From assembly GCA_964385215.1 (NCBI GenBank), contig CAYLOF010000001.1, positions 1 to 27,768 on the forward strand: a stretch of 27,768 bases of DNA. The letters run 5' to 3'. A program made the translations under genes and the position numbers. The first letter of the stretch is position 1. Every line of letters begins with the position of its first letter. Positions 9,461 to 17,887 of this stretch are shown here, piece by piece. Origin of the DNA: an uncultured Thermoplasmatales archaeon (GTDB taxonomy: Archaea > Thermoplasmatota > E2 > DHVEG-1). Below the pieces are notes generated by a model that worked only from the letters and a program-made list of their open reading frames with translations, searched no databases and was not told where the DNA came from.

Positions 9461-9499
9461 ATTATAAGTTGATAAATGTTTATATAATTATAAGTTGAT
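9461..9499 (+). promoter_or_regulatory. TATA box flanked by a 13-bp direct repeat
   Basis: ATTATAAGTTGAT at 9461-9473 and 9487-9499 brackets AAATGTTTATATA; GGAG RBS at 9508 before TTG 9520. Confidence 0.55.
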
Positions 9500-9519
9500 T
9501 AATATTTGGAGAAATTGAA

Positions 9520-11577
9520 TTGTTAAATAAAAGACCCAAGGAATATTTAGTTGTTGGTATTGCAATTCTGTTGATTGGACTTATATTTGGATCAACTGTA
9601 AATGTGTTGAGTGTTGGAATGAAACAAACATTTAACACACCTGTCACCAATAATTTATTAAGTGGATATACAGACATTTCTGTTGAAGAAGCTTGGACTC
9701 TGTTAAATGACACGTCCAATGGTCTTCAACTACCTATAGATGTTAGAACCGATGTAGAATGGGCAGGCGAACACATAGACATCCCTTCTCCTGAAAATCC
9801 AAGACATCATTGTGTTTGCGAATGGAGCGATGAAAGCATATTACAAGAGTTTATATCATTATATAAAGGTGAGGAGATTATTCTTTACTGCCTGTCTGGC
9901 GGCAGGAGTACTGATGCGGCAAATATTCTTGTTGATAATGGATTTAATGGAATAATCTATAATATGCTTGGTGGAATAACTGCATGGAAGAATGCTGGTT
10001 ATCCTACTATAGCTAATCAGCCGCCAGGTGCACCCGATATAACGGGCCCCATAACTGGAAAGGCAGGTGAAGAACAGGAATATACGATAGTTTCAACAGA
10101 TATTGAAGGTGACGACATATATTACTACATCAATTGGAGTGATGGCACCAATACAACATATATTGGCCCGTATGAATCTGATGAAGAAGTAAGCATAAGT
10201 CATACTTGGGAAGAAAAGGGAACATATATTATTAAAGCGAAGGCATGGGATTATTACCAAGCTGAAGGTGAATGGGGAACACTTGAAGTTAGTATGCCTG
10301 AAGATATGAGATCTGATCTATTATCACAATTATTTGAAAGATTAACTCAAAAATATCCTATTTTAAATAAATTTTTTTTTCAACAAACTTCCGCGCATTT
10401 AATTTATGGAACTGCAACATACAGTGATGACAGCTCTGCCGCAGGAGCACTAGTGGATGTTGTTAGTTCATTAGGTACTCTACGTACCTCTGTTTATTCT
10501 GGTGGAAACTGGCAAGTTGATTGCGGTGATCCTGGTCCAAATTGGCCTGACAGTACAGTGTTCACTGTTTATGCTACAGGTTGCTGTGGTCATCGCGGTT
10601 GGTCAGGAGAATCTTCAGGTATTGTAAGCGGCGAGTATAACGATATGGGAAATATTGTTATGTATCCAAACAGTGATCCAAATGCCCCAAGCATCCCTAA
10701 CGGGCCAATTGCACTGCATATAGGTGATTCTGGTACATACACTACAAATGCAACAGACCCTAACGATCTTCACGAAATAAGATATAAATTTGATTGGGAT
10801 GCTGAAGGATCTCATGACTATAGCAATTTCACAGAATTTGTGGATAATGGTATGCCTGCCAGTAAATCCCATTTTTGGAATGTTCCTGGCACCTATGTAG
10901 TAAAGGCTCAGGCCGAAGATGAATATGGCTATGAAAGCGATTGGTCAGAAGGTTTTACCGTAATTGTTTATGATGATGACACTCCTCCAGAGGTACCTGT
11001 TATAGATGGTCCCACCTCTGGCAAAAAAGAAAATGAATACACATATAACATCACAACAACCGATCAAGATGGCGATGTTGTCAAATATTTTGTTGACTGG
11101 GGCGATGGTACGGATAGTGGATGGGTTGGCCCATATGATTCTGGTGAGAAGATAACAGCGGCTCATGACTGGACTGAAAGAGGAGCATATGAAATTACAG
11201 TAAAAGCAAAAGACGTATGTGAAATCGAAAGTAATTGGTCAGAACCATTAGTTATGAATATCATAGGGCCAGAAATTGAAATAGGTGTTATAACTGGTGG
11301 GGCGTTCAGAATAAACGCCGTTATAAAAAATATTGGGGGAGGAGAGGCTACAGACGTTAATTGGAACATTACATTAAATGGTGGTGCAATATTTTCAGGT
11401 AAAACAACATCAGGTTTGATTGAAAGTATTCCTCCAGGGAATCAGGTGACAATAAGTTCAGATGTGATAACAGGCATAGGTAAAACAGTGGTAACAGTGG
11501 ATGTAAGCATTTATGAAGGGAATTCAGATGCAAAAGTTGTAGATGCTACTGTGCTTTTGTTTTTCATTTTGTTGTAG
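9520..11577 (+). CDS. Secreted rhodanese-domain / PKD-like multidomain protein with a shared C-terminal domain; apparent fusion of two genes
   Basis: Signal peptide; rhodanese IDVR...YCLSGGRS (Cys124)...MLGGITAW; three PKD-like units; internal tail-like motif at 10294-10380; carboxypeptidase-regulatory-like IYGTATYSD unit; C-terminal domain 11269-11577. Confidence 0.8.
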   Translation: MLNKRPKEYLVVGIAILLIGLIFGSTVNVLSVGMKQTFNTPVTNNLLSGYTDISVEEAWTLLNDTSNGLQLPIDVRTDVEWAGEHIDIPSPENPRHHCVCEWSDESILQEFISLYKGEEIILYCLSGGRSTDAANILVDNGFNGIIYNMLGGITAWKNAGYPTIANQPPGAPDITGPITGKAGEEQEYTIVSTDIEGDDIYYYINWSDGTNTTYIGPYESDEEVSISHTWEEKGTYIIKAKAWDYYQAEGEWGTLEVSMPEDMRSDLLSQLFERLTQKYPILNKFFFQQTSAHLIYGTATYSDDSSAAGALVDVVSSLGTLRTSVYSGGNWQVDCGDPGPNWPDSTVFTVYATGCCGHRGWSGESSGIVSGEYNDMGNIVMYPNSDPNAPSIPNGPIALHIGDSGTYTTNATDPNDLHEIRYKFDWDAEGSHDYSNFTEFVDNGMPASKSHFWNVPGTYVVKAQAEDEYGYESDWSEGFTVIVYDDDTPPEVPVIDGPTSGKKENEYTYNITTTDQDGDVVKYFVDWGDGTDSGWVGPYDSGEKITAAHDWTERGAYEITVKAKDVCEIESNWSEPLVMNIIGPEIEIGVITGGAFRINAVIKNIGGGEATDVNWNITLNGGAIFSGKTTSGLIESIPPGNQVTISSDVITGIGKTVVTVDVSIYEGNSDAKVVDATVLLFFILL

Positions 11578-11607
11578 TATTTAATTGTAGTATTTAATAT
11601 ATAATGG

Positions 11608-11647
11608 TTTAAAAGGGTATTTTTGCCCCTAAACTCCCTGCTTTTTA
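11608..11647 (+). terminator. Possible weak hairpin plus T-run after 9520..11577
   Basis: tttaaaagggtatttttgcccctaaa forms an imperfect inverted repeat, followed by ctgcttttt. Confidence 0.3.
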
Positions 11648-11927
11648 ATGGAAAAACCACGTTCCTAATAATGTTCCATTTCTTCAATTAGAATCTGCAA
11701 ACATTTCTCATATTTATTTGAAAATAAAGAATTTATTGTTTAATTGTTTTTATATTTTAAAGAAGGAATTCTACCTGCTCTATAGTAAACGAAGTGGGAA
11801 GTGGCTGGTGGTAGACATACCTATTGACATTTTTCTTTACAATCAGAATCAACGAGGGATATACATGTTAGTCAGTTGGCACTTCAATAAATTAACTGAG
11901 CAGGTTACCAATAGAATTGATATGATT

Positions 11928-11956
11928 AAAAAATAAAAAAAGAGAAAAAGGTAGAT
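11928..11956 (-). terminator. Pyrimidine-rich/oligo-T terminator of the 1253-aa gene
   Basis: The minus strand reads ctacctttttctc followed by two long T-runs immediately after the stop at 11960. Confidence 0.55.
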
Positions 11957-11959
11957 GCT

Positions 11960-14900
11960 TTAAGCATCTATTGGTTCTGGTGATGTCCACTCAGGACTAT
12001 ATACGATAAGATCTGGATCTCCGTATAGGCACTGAACTGTTGTCACAGTAAGAGATGAAGAACCGTACATTGACGTTGGATCTTTTGTTGTAAAATCTCG
12101 CAGATGACGCCAAACTTCATTAGAATATGCTAGGCCTATTGAAACACCATCAACCATAACACTATCAAAGACGATATTGTCCATTAAATCTTCCTGTGGA
12201 GTTAATCCCGATCCTGCATTACCAAAGAAGAAAGATGCTCCGTGATCAAGATATACCATTGGTCCAAACGCATCACCGGTTGTACATGAAAGATAGAATA
12301 TTACATTGCTTCCTAGATTTTCAAATAATTCGTCAGCATAGTCATAGTGAATAATGTCATACAAGGATGGTGGTTCAGCATTATACCAACTTCTTCCATT
12401 GTTTCTGACAATCTGCCAATTATCATATTTTGAATAACCACGCCATGCATCCCACCATATTTGTTCTGGGTAGTTACAATGTTCTGTTTGGTCAAATTGT
12501 GCAGATGTTCCACTTCCACCAGTTCCATGTCCTGCATAATACATAGCACTTGCACCTTCATTTAAACGTTGAAGATGAGCATCCCATAAACAATGACCCT
12601 CGTAGTTTCTAAAATGAGATCCAAATGATTTCTTAACACTTCTACTTGAGTAAGCTGGTGTTGTCTCGTGATCGTTAGTTGTCCATTGACCACCATCTGC
12701 AAAGTTCATAAGTTGAGAAGTTGTGACATCACGATTCGGGTTTGCAAAGATTACTGCAGGATATAATATATTTCTTAATACCATTGCAGAAGTATACGCT
12801 GGTGTGATTCCTACAATGTGTCCTGCATATGAGTTATTGCCCAACATAACTGAGTGAGCCGGGATATATATGTCCTTTCGAGGTGCTACGAAACAGTATC
12901 CTTCTTTTCCAGATTGGTCAAGCCCTAGGCTATTGATATAATTGTATATTCCATCATGCAATTCTTCATTCCAATATCTTTTTGCATCCATTCCCAAAGG
13001 CGGAAGTCCTCCTGATGATCCTCCAGAGATTGCATATAAAAATGCGTCAAAGAGGGATTTTATAGACCATTCTCCTTCTCCAGCTAAGGGTTCATTGTGA
13101 TCTGGAAGATGTCCAGTTGATCTCGAACCATGATAATAATCTCCTGACCAAAGTCTCCAAGTTTCTATTCTGTCAGCCACACCTGCTGGATTTTCCGGTG
13201 CCTCTCCTATTCTAAGAACTGGAGAGCAATGATATGCAGCAAGCATTGCAGCAGGGGCAAAGTATCCATCTCCGGATTTAATTGAAGTTATGGTAATATA
13301 ATTTTCAGAGTTGTCATATCCTTTGACATAGTCAACAATATCTTGCATAGTCGTTAGATCTGCGTCAATGGTTGGTAAATCATTTTTCACATCCGCTCCA
13401 ATATTGCCTCTTTCAACAAATATGACTTTGCTAACGCCAAGCTGACTTAATGCATTAGATGTTGCAGATGGAATGCTGTCCGAATTGACGTACAATAATG
13501 GAGCATGTTCCTGCGATGCAATAACTGCTGCATTAGCTGCAGATATTGATGCATCCGCTCGCGAATGGGTTGCTCGTAATTCCGCCGTAATTGTATATGT
13601 CACATCTGAACCCTCAGAATTTCTTGGTACTACTATTGCTGTCCATTTCCCCTCATCAGGATGAAGTGCTTCTACTGAAAAATCAAGATGTGGTTCAGGA
13701 TTCCAAGTTCTCCATGGATTGTCCACTGGGTTTTCTAATCCATTCCATTCATGTATTGGATTTACAGGTCCATTCCATTGAGGAATATCAGGTGATATTA
13801 GATATCCTTCAGGATCAATAAGAAATACAATCAAATCAGATGGAGAGTCAGTTTGAGTTTTAACACTTAGTACAGATTCTGAATCATCAACATTGAGGGT
13901 ATACCGATCTCCCGCAAACTTTTTCACAGTGATATGGGACCAATCATCAGATGTTATATCAGAGCCTGTTCCCCAAATTCCAGGTTCTGCAATCGGATAA
14001 TAAACATCTATGCCATCTCCACTACCGTCATATGGAACGGGCCACCAATCCCCTCCAAAATTCATAAACTTGGGGAAATAACATGTTAAGAAATTCGCGT
14101 CGTCGTTGGCATGATATCCTGTTATATCATGTATTTCAACTTGAATTGCTCCCCATTTTTCATTCAAAAACATAGTATATTGGAGTTCAGTATTAAAAGC
14201 AGGATCGCTACTTTGAATATTTTCGACTTCCACTTCCCGTTTTAATGTTGTTGTTTTTTCAACTAACGTTGTAACACTATCTTCGAATTCACTGCCATCT
14301 ACTGCAATAACTGCAAGATCAGATGAGGTCCAACCTTGAGTTGCTATTTCAGCAGCTGCTGTTACTGGGTCAGAAGGTACTGTGTATTCAACTGCTACCT
14401 TTTCATGCAACGAAAGGTATGCATTCCAATCATCTATTAGATATTGTGTCGTGTCGTCAACCGTTCCTCTGTCAGCATCCACTCCAAACCAATTTGTAGG
14501 CGTATCATCGCCCTCATAGAAAATTGGGGCTAAATATCTTTGTCCACCTTCGTAATAGTTACAAGCGGGTACTGATGAAAGATAGGCATATTCGTCATTA
14601 TTGCTATTTGGATCATTAGTTATTATGAAACTTTTTGCAATAGGGGTGATATCAGGTTGAGGTATTGGAGCAGGGGGCGATGGCGCGCTTGATTCAACTG
14701 CAAAGTTCATCTTGTATGCACCAGATCCATATGTGTAGTATTTCCAATCAACCGGTTGAGGGATATCTGTGTACCCTGGGAAAATATCAATTTTAACTCG
14801 CCATTCTCCCGACTCGTCAGCAGGATAAAGCAATTCATCATCATAGTAGTAATCTTCTTCAAAAACCAATTCTCCACTAGGATTATACAACGAAATATCA

Positions 14901-15721
14901 AAGTCGGATAGGTAGGCAAGTTTTTTCATTTCTAAAGTAAAGTGGATGCCTTGGCCAGAATTAATATTGAATTTATACCAATCTTGCTCATCATTCATAT
15001 CAACGTATCCGTAATACTCACCAGGGCTTATTGTAGTGGCACCACTAAACGAGTTACCAGCATCACTTCCGGTGCCAGCATCATTTTGACTAGATAAAGA
15101 AACATCAAAAGTATACTCGCCATCACCTGAATCGCTACCTGGAACTATTGCCATATAATAATATCCACTATATTCTGCTACGTATGTAATTGATTCTGTA
15201 GTACTTGGTCCAGTAGAAGTGGCCATTTCATCTCCGGCATCATTATGAAGATAAAGATCATAGTTGTCAGTTGCAAAAAATGACATTTCGATAGTTTGAC
15301 CTTCACACACAGAGAAGAAATACCAATCTTCGTCACCACTAGATGTAATCTTCCCAGTTCTGCCTCTGCCAGGAGTATTATCAATCATTTCACCTGGGTA
15401 TAAAGCAGTAGCTCGAGAGATCTTATCTCCTGCATCCCTTCGGGTTCCTGCATCATCAAAGTCATCGCCATCAAGATTTAGCGGCTCCTCTGAATAAGGA
15501 TCTTGAATGATATATTTATTGTCAAGCCAAAATGGACCTAAATCTATAGTATCTTTGGTAGGTTCAGCAATTGGGTCACGGAAGATTGTTGCATCTTCAT
15601 TGACAAGCAAACTTTTTTCCTTTTCCACTCCTATCGAACCTGCAGGAACAAGAAACATTGTTCCAAGCAGCAGTATTGTTAAAACAACAGCGTCTATTTT
15701 TATGTTTTTTCTATATTTCAA
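11960..15721 (-). CDS. Large secreted clan CD (gingipain/C25-like) cysteine peptidase with N-terminal PPC-like repeats and CWB2-like repeats
   Basis: TTG start with AGGGGG RBS; signal peptide; two DAG...DAG..S.AT.I/LxPGE...D.D.Y.F PPC-like units; CWB2-like segments; catalytic-type YYAGHG (His1065) and YLSCTTG (Cys1146); terminal YGDP motif as in C25 proteins. Confidence 0.7.
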   Translation of the reverse strand: MKYRKNIKIDAVVLTILLLGTMFLVPAGSIGVEKEKSLLVNEDATIFRDPIAEPTKDTIDLGPFWLDNKYIIQDPYSEEPLNLDGDDFDDAGTRRDAGDKISRATALYPGEMIDNTPGRGRTGKITSSGDEDWYFFSVCEGQTIEMSFFATDNYDLYLHNDAGDEMATSTGPSTTESITYVAEYSGYYYMAIVPGSDSGDGEYTFDVSLSSQNDAGTGSDAGNSFSGATTISPGEYYGYVDMNDEQDWYKFNINSGQGIHFTLEMKKLAYLSDFDISLYNPSGELVFEEDYYYDDELLYPADESGEWRVKIDIFPGYTDIPQPVDWKYYTYGSGAYKMNFAVESSAPSPPAPIPQPDITPIAKSFIITNDPNSNNDEYAYLSSVPACNYYEGGQRYLAPIFYEGDDTPTNWFGVDADRGTVDDTTQYLIDDWNAYLSLHEKVAVEYTVPSDPVTAAAEIATQGWTSSDLAVIAVDGSEFEDSVTTLVEKTTTLKREVEVENIQSSDPAFNTELQYTMFLNEKWGAIQVEIHDITGYHANDDANFLTCYFPKFMNFGGDWWPVPYDGSGDGIDVYYPIAEPGIWGTGSDITSDDWSHITVKKFAGDRYTLNVDDSESVLSVKTQTDSPSDLIVFLIDPEGYLISPDIPQWNGPVNPIHEWNGLENPVDNPWRTWNPEPHLDFSVEALHPDEGKWTAIVVPRNSEGSDVTYTITAELRATHSRADASISAANAAVIASQEHAPLLYVNSDSIPSATSNALSQLGVSKVIFVERGNIGADVKNDLPTIDADLTTMQDIVDYVKGYDNSENYITITSIKSGDGYFAPAAMLAAYHCSPVLRIGEAPENPAGVADRIETWRLWSGDYYHGSRSTGHLPDHNEPLAGEGEWSIKSLFDAFLYAISGGSSGGLPPLGMDAKRYWNEELHDGIYNYINSLGLDQSGKEGYCFVAPRKDIYIPAHSVMLGNNSYAGHIVGITPAYTSAMVLRNILYPAVIFANPNRDVTTSQLMNFADGGQWTTNDHETTPAYSSRSVKKSFGSHFRNYEGHCLWDAHLQRLNEGASAMYYAGHGTGGSGTSAQFDQTEHCNYPEQIWWDAWRGYSKYDNWQIVRNNGRSWYNAEPPSLYDIIHYDYADELFENLGSNVIFYLSCTTGDAFGPMVYLDHGASFFFGNAGSGLTPQEDLMDNIVFDSVMVDGVSIGLAYSNEVWRHLRDFTTKDPTSMYGSSSLTVTTVQCLYGDPDLIVYSPEWTSPEPIDA

Positions 15722-15773
15722 TTTATTCTGCCCCCTAATCTGATATATATATTAAATATATATGATACTTGAT

Positions 15774-15795
15774 GTATAAATAATTTACCTTTATC
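15774..15795 (-). promoter_or_regulatory. BRE/TATA-like promoter for the 1253-aa gene
   Basis: The minus strand reads gataaaggtaaattaTTTATAc about 55 nt upstream of the start. Confidence 0.4.
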
Positions 15796-16041
15796 ATTTT
15801 ATCTAGATCATTCTTTAATGTTTGATAGTAATTAATATTCAAGCTTATGTTATCATGCTATCTTAGGTATCTTAGGAAAATACTCCCAATGTTATCCAAA
15901 TTTAATACTAATACCACTATTATGTAACATTTACTACATACTATACCTTTTCACTACACATTTTCCATTTATATAATATTGTAATAGTGCAAAATGTATT
16001 AACACTCTAGAGATGGACAACATGGCTCTCTGTTTTTAACA

Positions 16042-16117
16042 AAATTCAAGCAAATTCAAGCAAAACATTACGAAACATTTATACATTACCTAATATATAT
16101 ACAATAGGGGAAACCTT
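16042..16117 (+). promoter_or_regulatory. Promoter of 16118 with upstream 10-bp phased repeats, BRE/TATA and GGGGA RBS
   Basis: aaattcaagc twice (16042, 16052), aaaacattac, cgaaacaTTTATA (16071-16083), taGGGGAaaccttATG. Confidence 0.6.
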
Positions 16118-16218
16118 ATGAATAAATCAAAAAAGGCAAAAATATTTATTGAGGCAGCTTTAGTGATTGTTGTTACATTGGCTTTACTTATGCCAGCTTC
16201 AGCAGTAGTCACTAACAA
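16071..16218 (+). repeat. 5' constant block, copy 1 (promoter + RBS + signal peptide); copy 2 at 17841..17988
   Basis: 148-nt ungapped alignment, 8 mismatches by manual count, offset 1770. Confidence 0.95.
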
Positions 16219-17713
16219 TGTAGACAATGCCTATGGTTTTGAGAGAGTTGATAACCAAGGCAATTTAAAGAAAAAAACAATAGCCAATACTTTTGCAGGA
16301 GATGACATTTGGGCGACACCATTCCAAGGTGATGATTATATACCAGCAATTACTAAAGATTTAGATGGTAATGTTGTAATATCCTGGACAAATGAACAGA
16401 GTTTCAGTGAATCATATTTTGGAATAAGTTATTCTGATGATCCATCTGATGCGCAAACATGGTATGATAATGGATTGGTTCTAACACTCTCTGGAAATGA
16501 TTATGGTTTTGATACTGCACTAATCGTAGGACCTGAATCTGATGATTTCAAGGGTCTTGTTGGTGTCTATTTCTCTTTAGCTGATGATTTAGCTGGCTAT
16601 TATGAAATTGAAGACATCACTGGAGATTTTGGAGATTGGCCAATTTATTCCTGGACTGATTTTGGACAAGATTCTTATTACTCATGTATTGCGGATGGTG
16701 GTTTTGTTCAGGGAGGATATTATCCTGACATGTTTGGACCAATGATATTTCATATATGTTTAAATGATCTATGTGGAACCATACCTGAATGTCCAGTTTT
16801 TGGCCATATTGATATTCGCAATGATGGTAGTGGCGTATTTTTCTATGATTGCCAGGAATTTGAACAGACAGCACCAGCCGCAGACCCTGATTACTTTATG
16901 GTTGTAGATAGAGAGATATATCATACAGTAGTCTATAATCATGAAACCAATGACGTGATATGGAAAAAAGTCGACCCAACTGTTGAACATGATTATGAAT
17001 ACACTCCATTCCAGAGTACCATTGGAACAGGAACAAACCCTGCTATTGCAGGCTATGGCACAAATGTAGCTGTTGTTTATACAGATGAAGGACAGGTAAA
17101 ATGTGCACATAGTAGTGATGATGGAGAAACATGGGACACTTCACCAGTAGCTTCAGGAGGATTTTCAGACATATGTGCAGTTGGAACAACGCTTTATGTT
17201 ACATACATCTCTAGTGGAAATTTATTTAAAGTTACATCAGAGGATGGTGGAGCAACCTGGAGTCAAGCAGAGCAAATAAACGATGTCGATGGAACTGTTG
17301 TTGCAATGGAAAATTCTGTTGATATACATGAAGCAGGAATTGTATGGGTAGATGAAAGAGGCGAAGATTGGGATATCTATTATGAAGGACTAGTGAGCAT
17401 ACCACAACCAAAAATTGAAATAGATCAGATAGCCGGAGGTATCGGTGTCAGTGCAGTAGTTACAAACAATGGAGATGTCGATGCAACAGATGTAGAGTGG
17501 AGCATCACATTAGATGGTACAGTATTCCTTGGCGCTGAGAAAACTGACACAATTTCAAGCATTGCAGTTGGTGAATCCGTCCCAATTAAATCAGGATTCC
17601 CATTAGGCTTTGGTCCTATAGATATAACAATAACTGCACAAAGTGCTGAAGGACCATCTGATACAGAAACAGCAAGTGGAAAGTTACTTCTATTCTTTAT
17701 AACTGGATTATAA
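16118..17713 (+). CDS. Secreted BNR/Asp-box (sialidase-like propeller) protein with shared C-terminal domain, paralogue A
   Basis: Signal peptide ending PASA; Asp-boxes SSDDGETW and SEDGGATW; IVWVDER..DWDIYY; C-terminal domain 17408-17713 ending LLLFFITGL. Confidence 0.8.
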   Translation: MNKSKKAKIFIEAALVIVVTLALLMPASAVVTNNVDNAYGFERVDNQGNLKKKTIANTFAGDDIWATPFQGDDYIPAITKDLDGNVVISWTNEQSFSESYFGISYSDDPSDAQTWYDNGLVLTLSGNDYGFDTALIVGPESDDFKGLVGVYFSLADDLAGYYEIEDITGDFGDWPIYSWTDFGQDSYYSCIADGGFVQGGYYPDMFGPMIFHICLNDLCGTIPECPVFGHIDIRNDGSGVFFYDCQEFEQTAPAADPDYFMVVDREIYHTVVYNHETNDVIWKKVDPTVEHDYEYTPFQSTIGTGTNPAIAGYGTNVAVVYTDEGQVKCAHSSDDGETWDTSPVASGGFSDICAVGTTLYVTYISSGNLFKVTSEDGGATWSQAEQINDVDGTVVAMENSVDIHEAGIVWVDERGEDWDIYYEGLVSIPQPKIEIDQIAGGIGVSAVVTNNGDVDATDVEWSITLDGTVFLGAEKTDTISSIAVGESVPIKSGFPLGFGPIDITITAQSAEGPSDTETASGKLLLFFITGL

Positions 17714-17751
17714 TTAGAATAGATAAAACTACCCACCTCTCTTCTTTTTTT
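17491..17751 (+). repeat. 3' constant block, copy 1 (distal C-terminal domain + 3' UTR + terminator); copy 2 at 19294..19554
   Basis: 261-nt ungapped alignment, 7 mismatches by manual count, all transitions, offset 1803. Confidence 0.95.
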
Positions 17752-17760
17752 TTAATTTTT
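17731..17760 (+). terminator. Oligo-T terminator of paralogue A
   Basis: acccacctctcttc followed by T9 and aattttt. Confidence 0.6.
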
Positions 17761-17840
17761 AATTAAACATACAAATATTTCTTTATATTGTGGCTTGCTT
17801 TACCTCTTAACTATTAATTGTATAAAAATTATGGGTAAAG

Positions 17841-17887
17841 CGAAACATTTATACATTACTTAATATATATAAGGTAGGGGAAACCTT
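17841..17887 (+). promoter_or_regulatory. Promoter and RBS of paralogue B, near-identical to that of paralogue A
   Basis: cgaaacaTTTATAcattac...taGGGGAaaccttATG. Confidence 0.65.

Noticed and set aside
11718-11936. 72-aa ORF between convergent genes
   Set aside because: AT-rich, with no RBS or recognisable motif, and it runs into the terminator of the opposite gene; other frames I checked close quickly. A small RNA cannot be excluded
6283-16012. Recurring TCTAGA/ATCTAGAT palindromes near promoters (6283, 6322, 15801, 16005) as an operator
   Set aside because: A 6-mer of this composition is expected roughly ten times in 28 kb at this GC content, and there is no consistent spacing to TATA boxes
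16042-16083. CRISPR array or mini-array
   Set aside because: The units are 10 bp and contiguous, with no spacers and no cas genes
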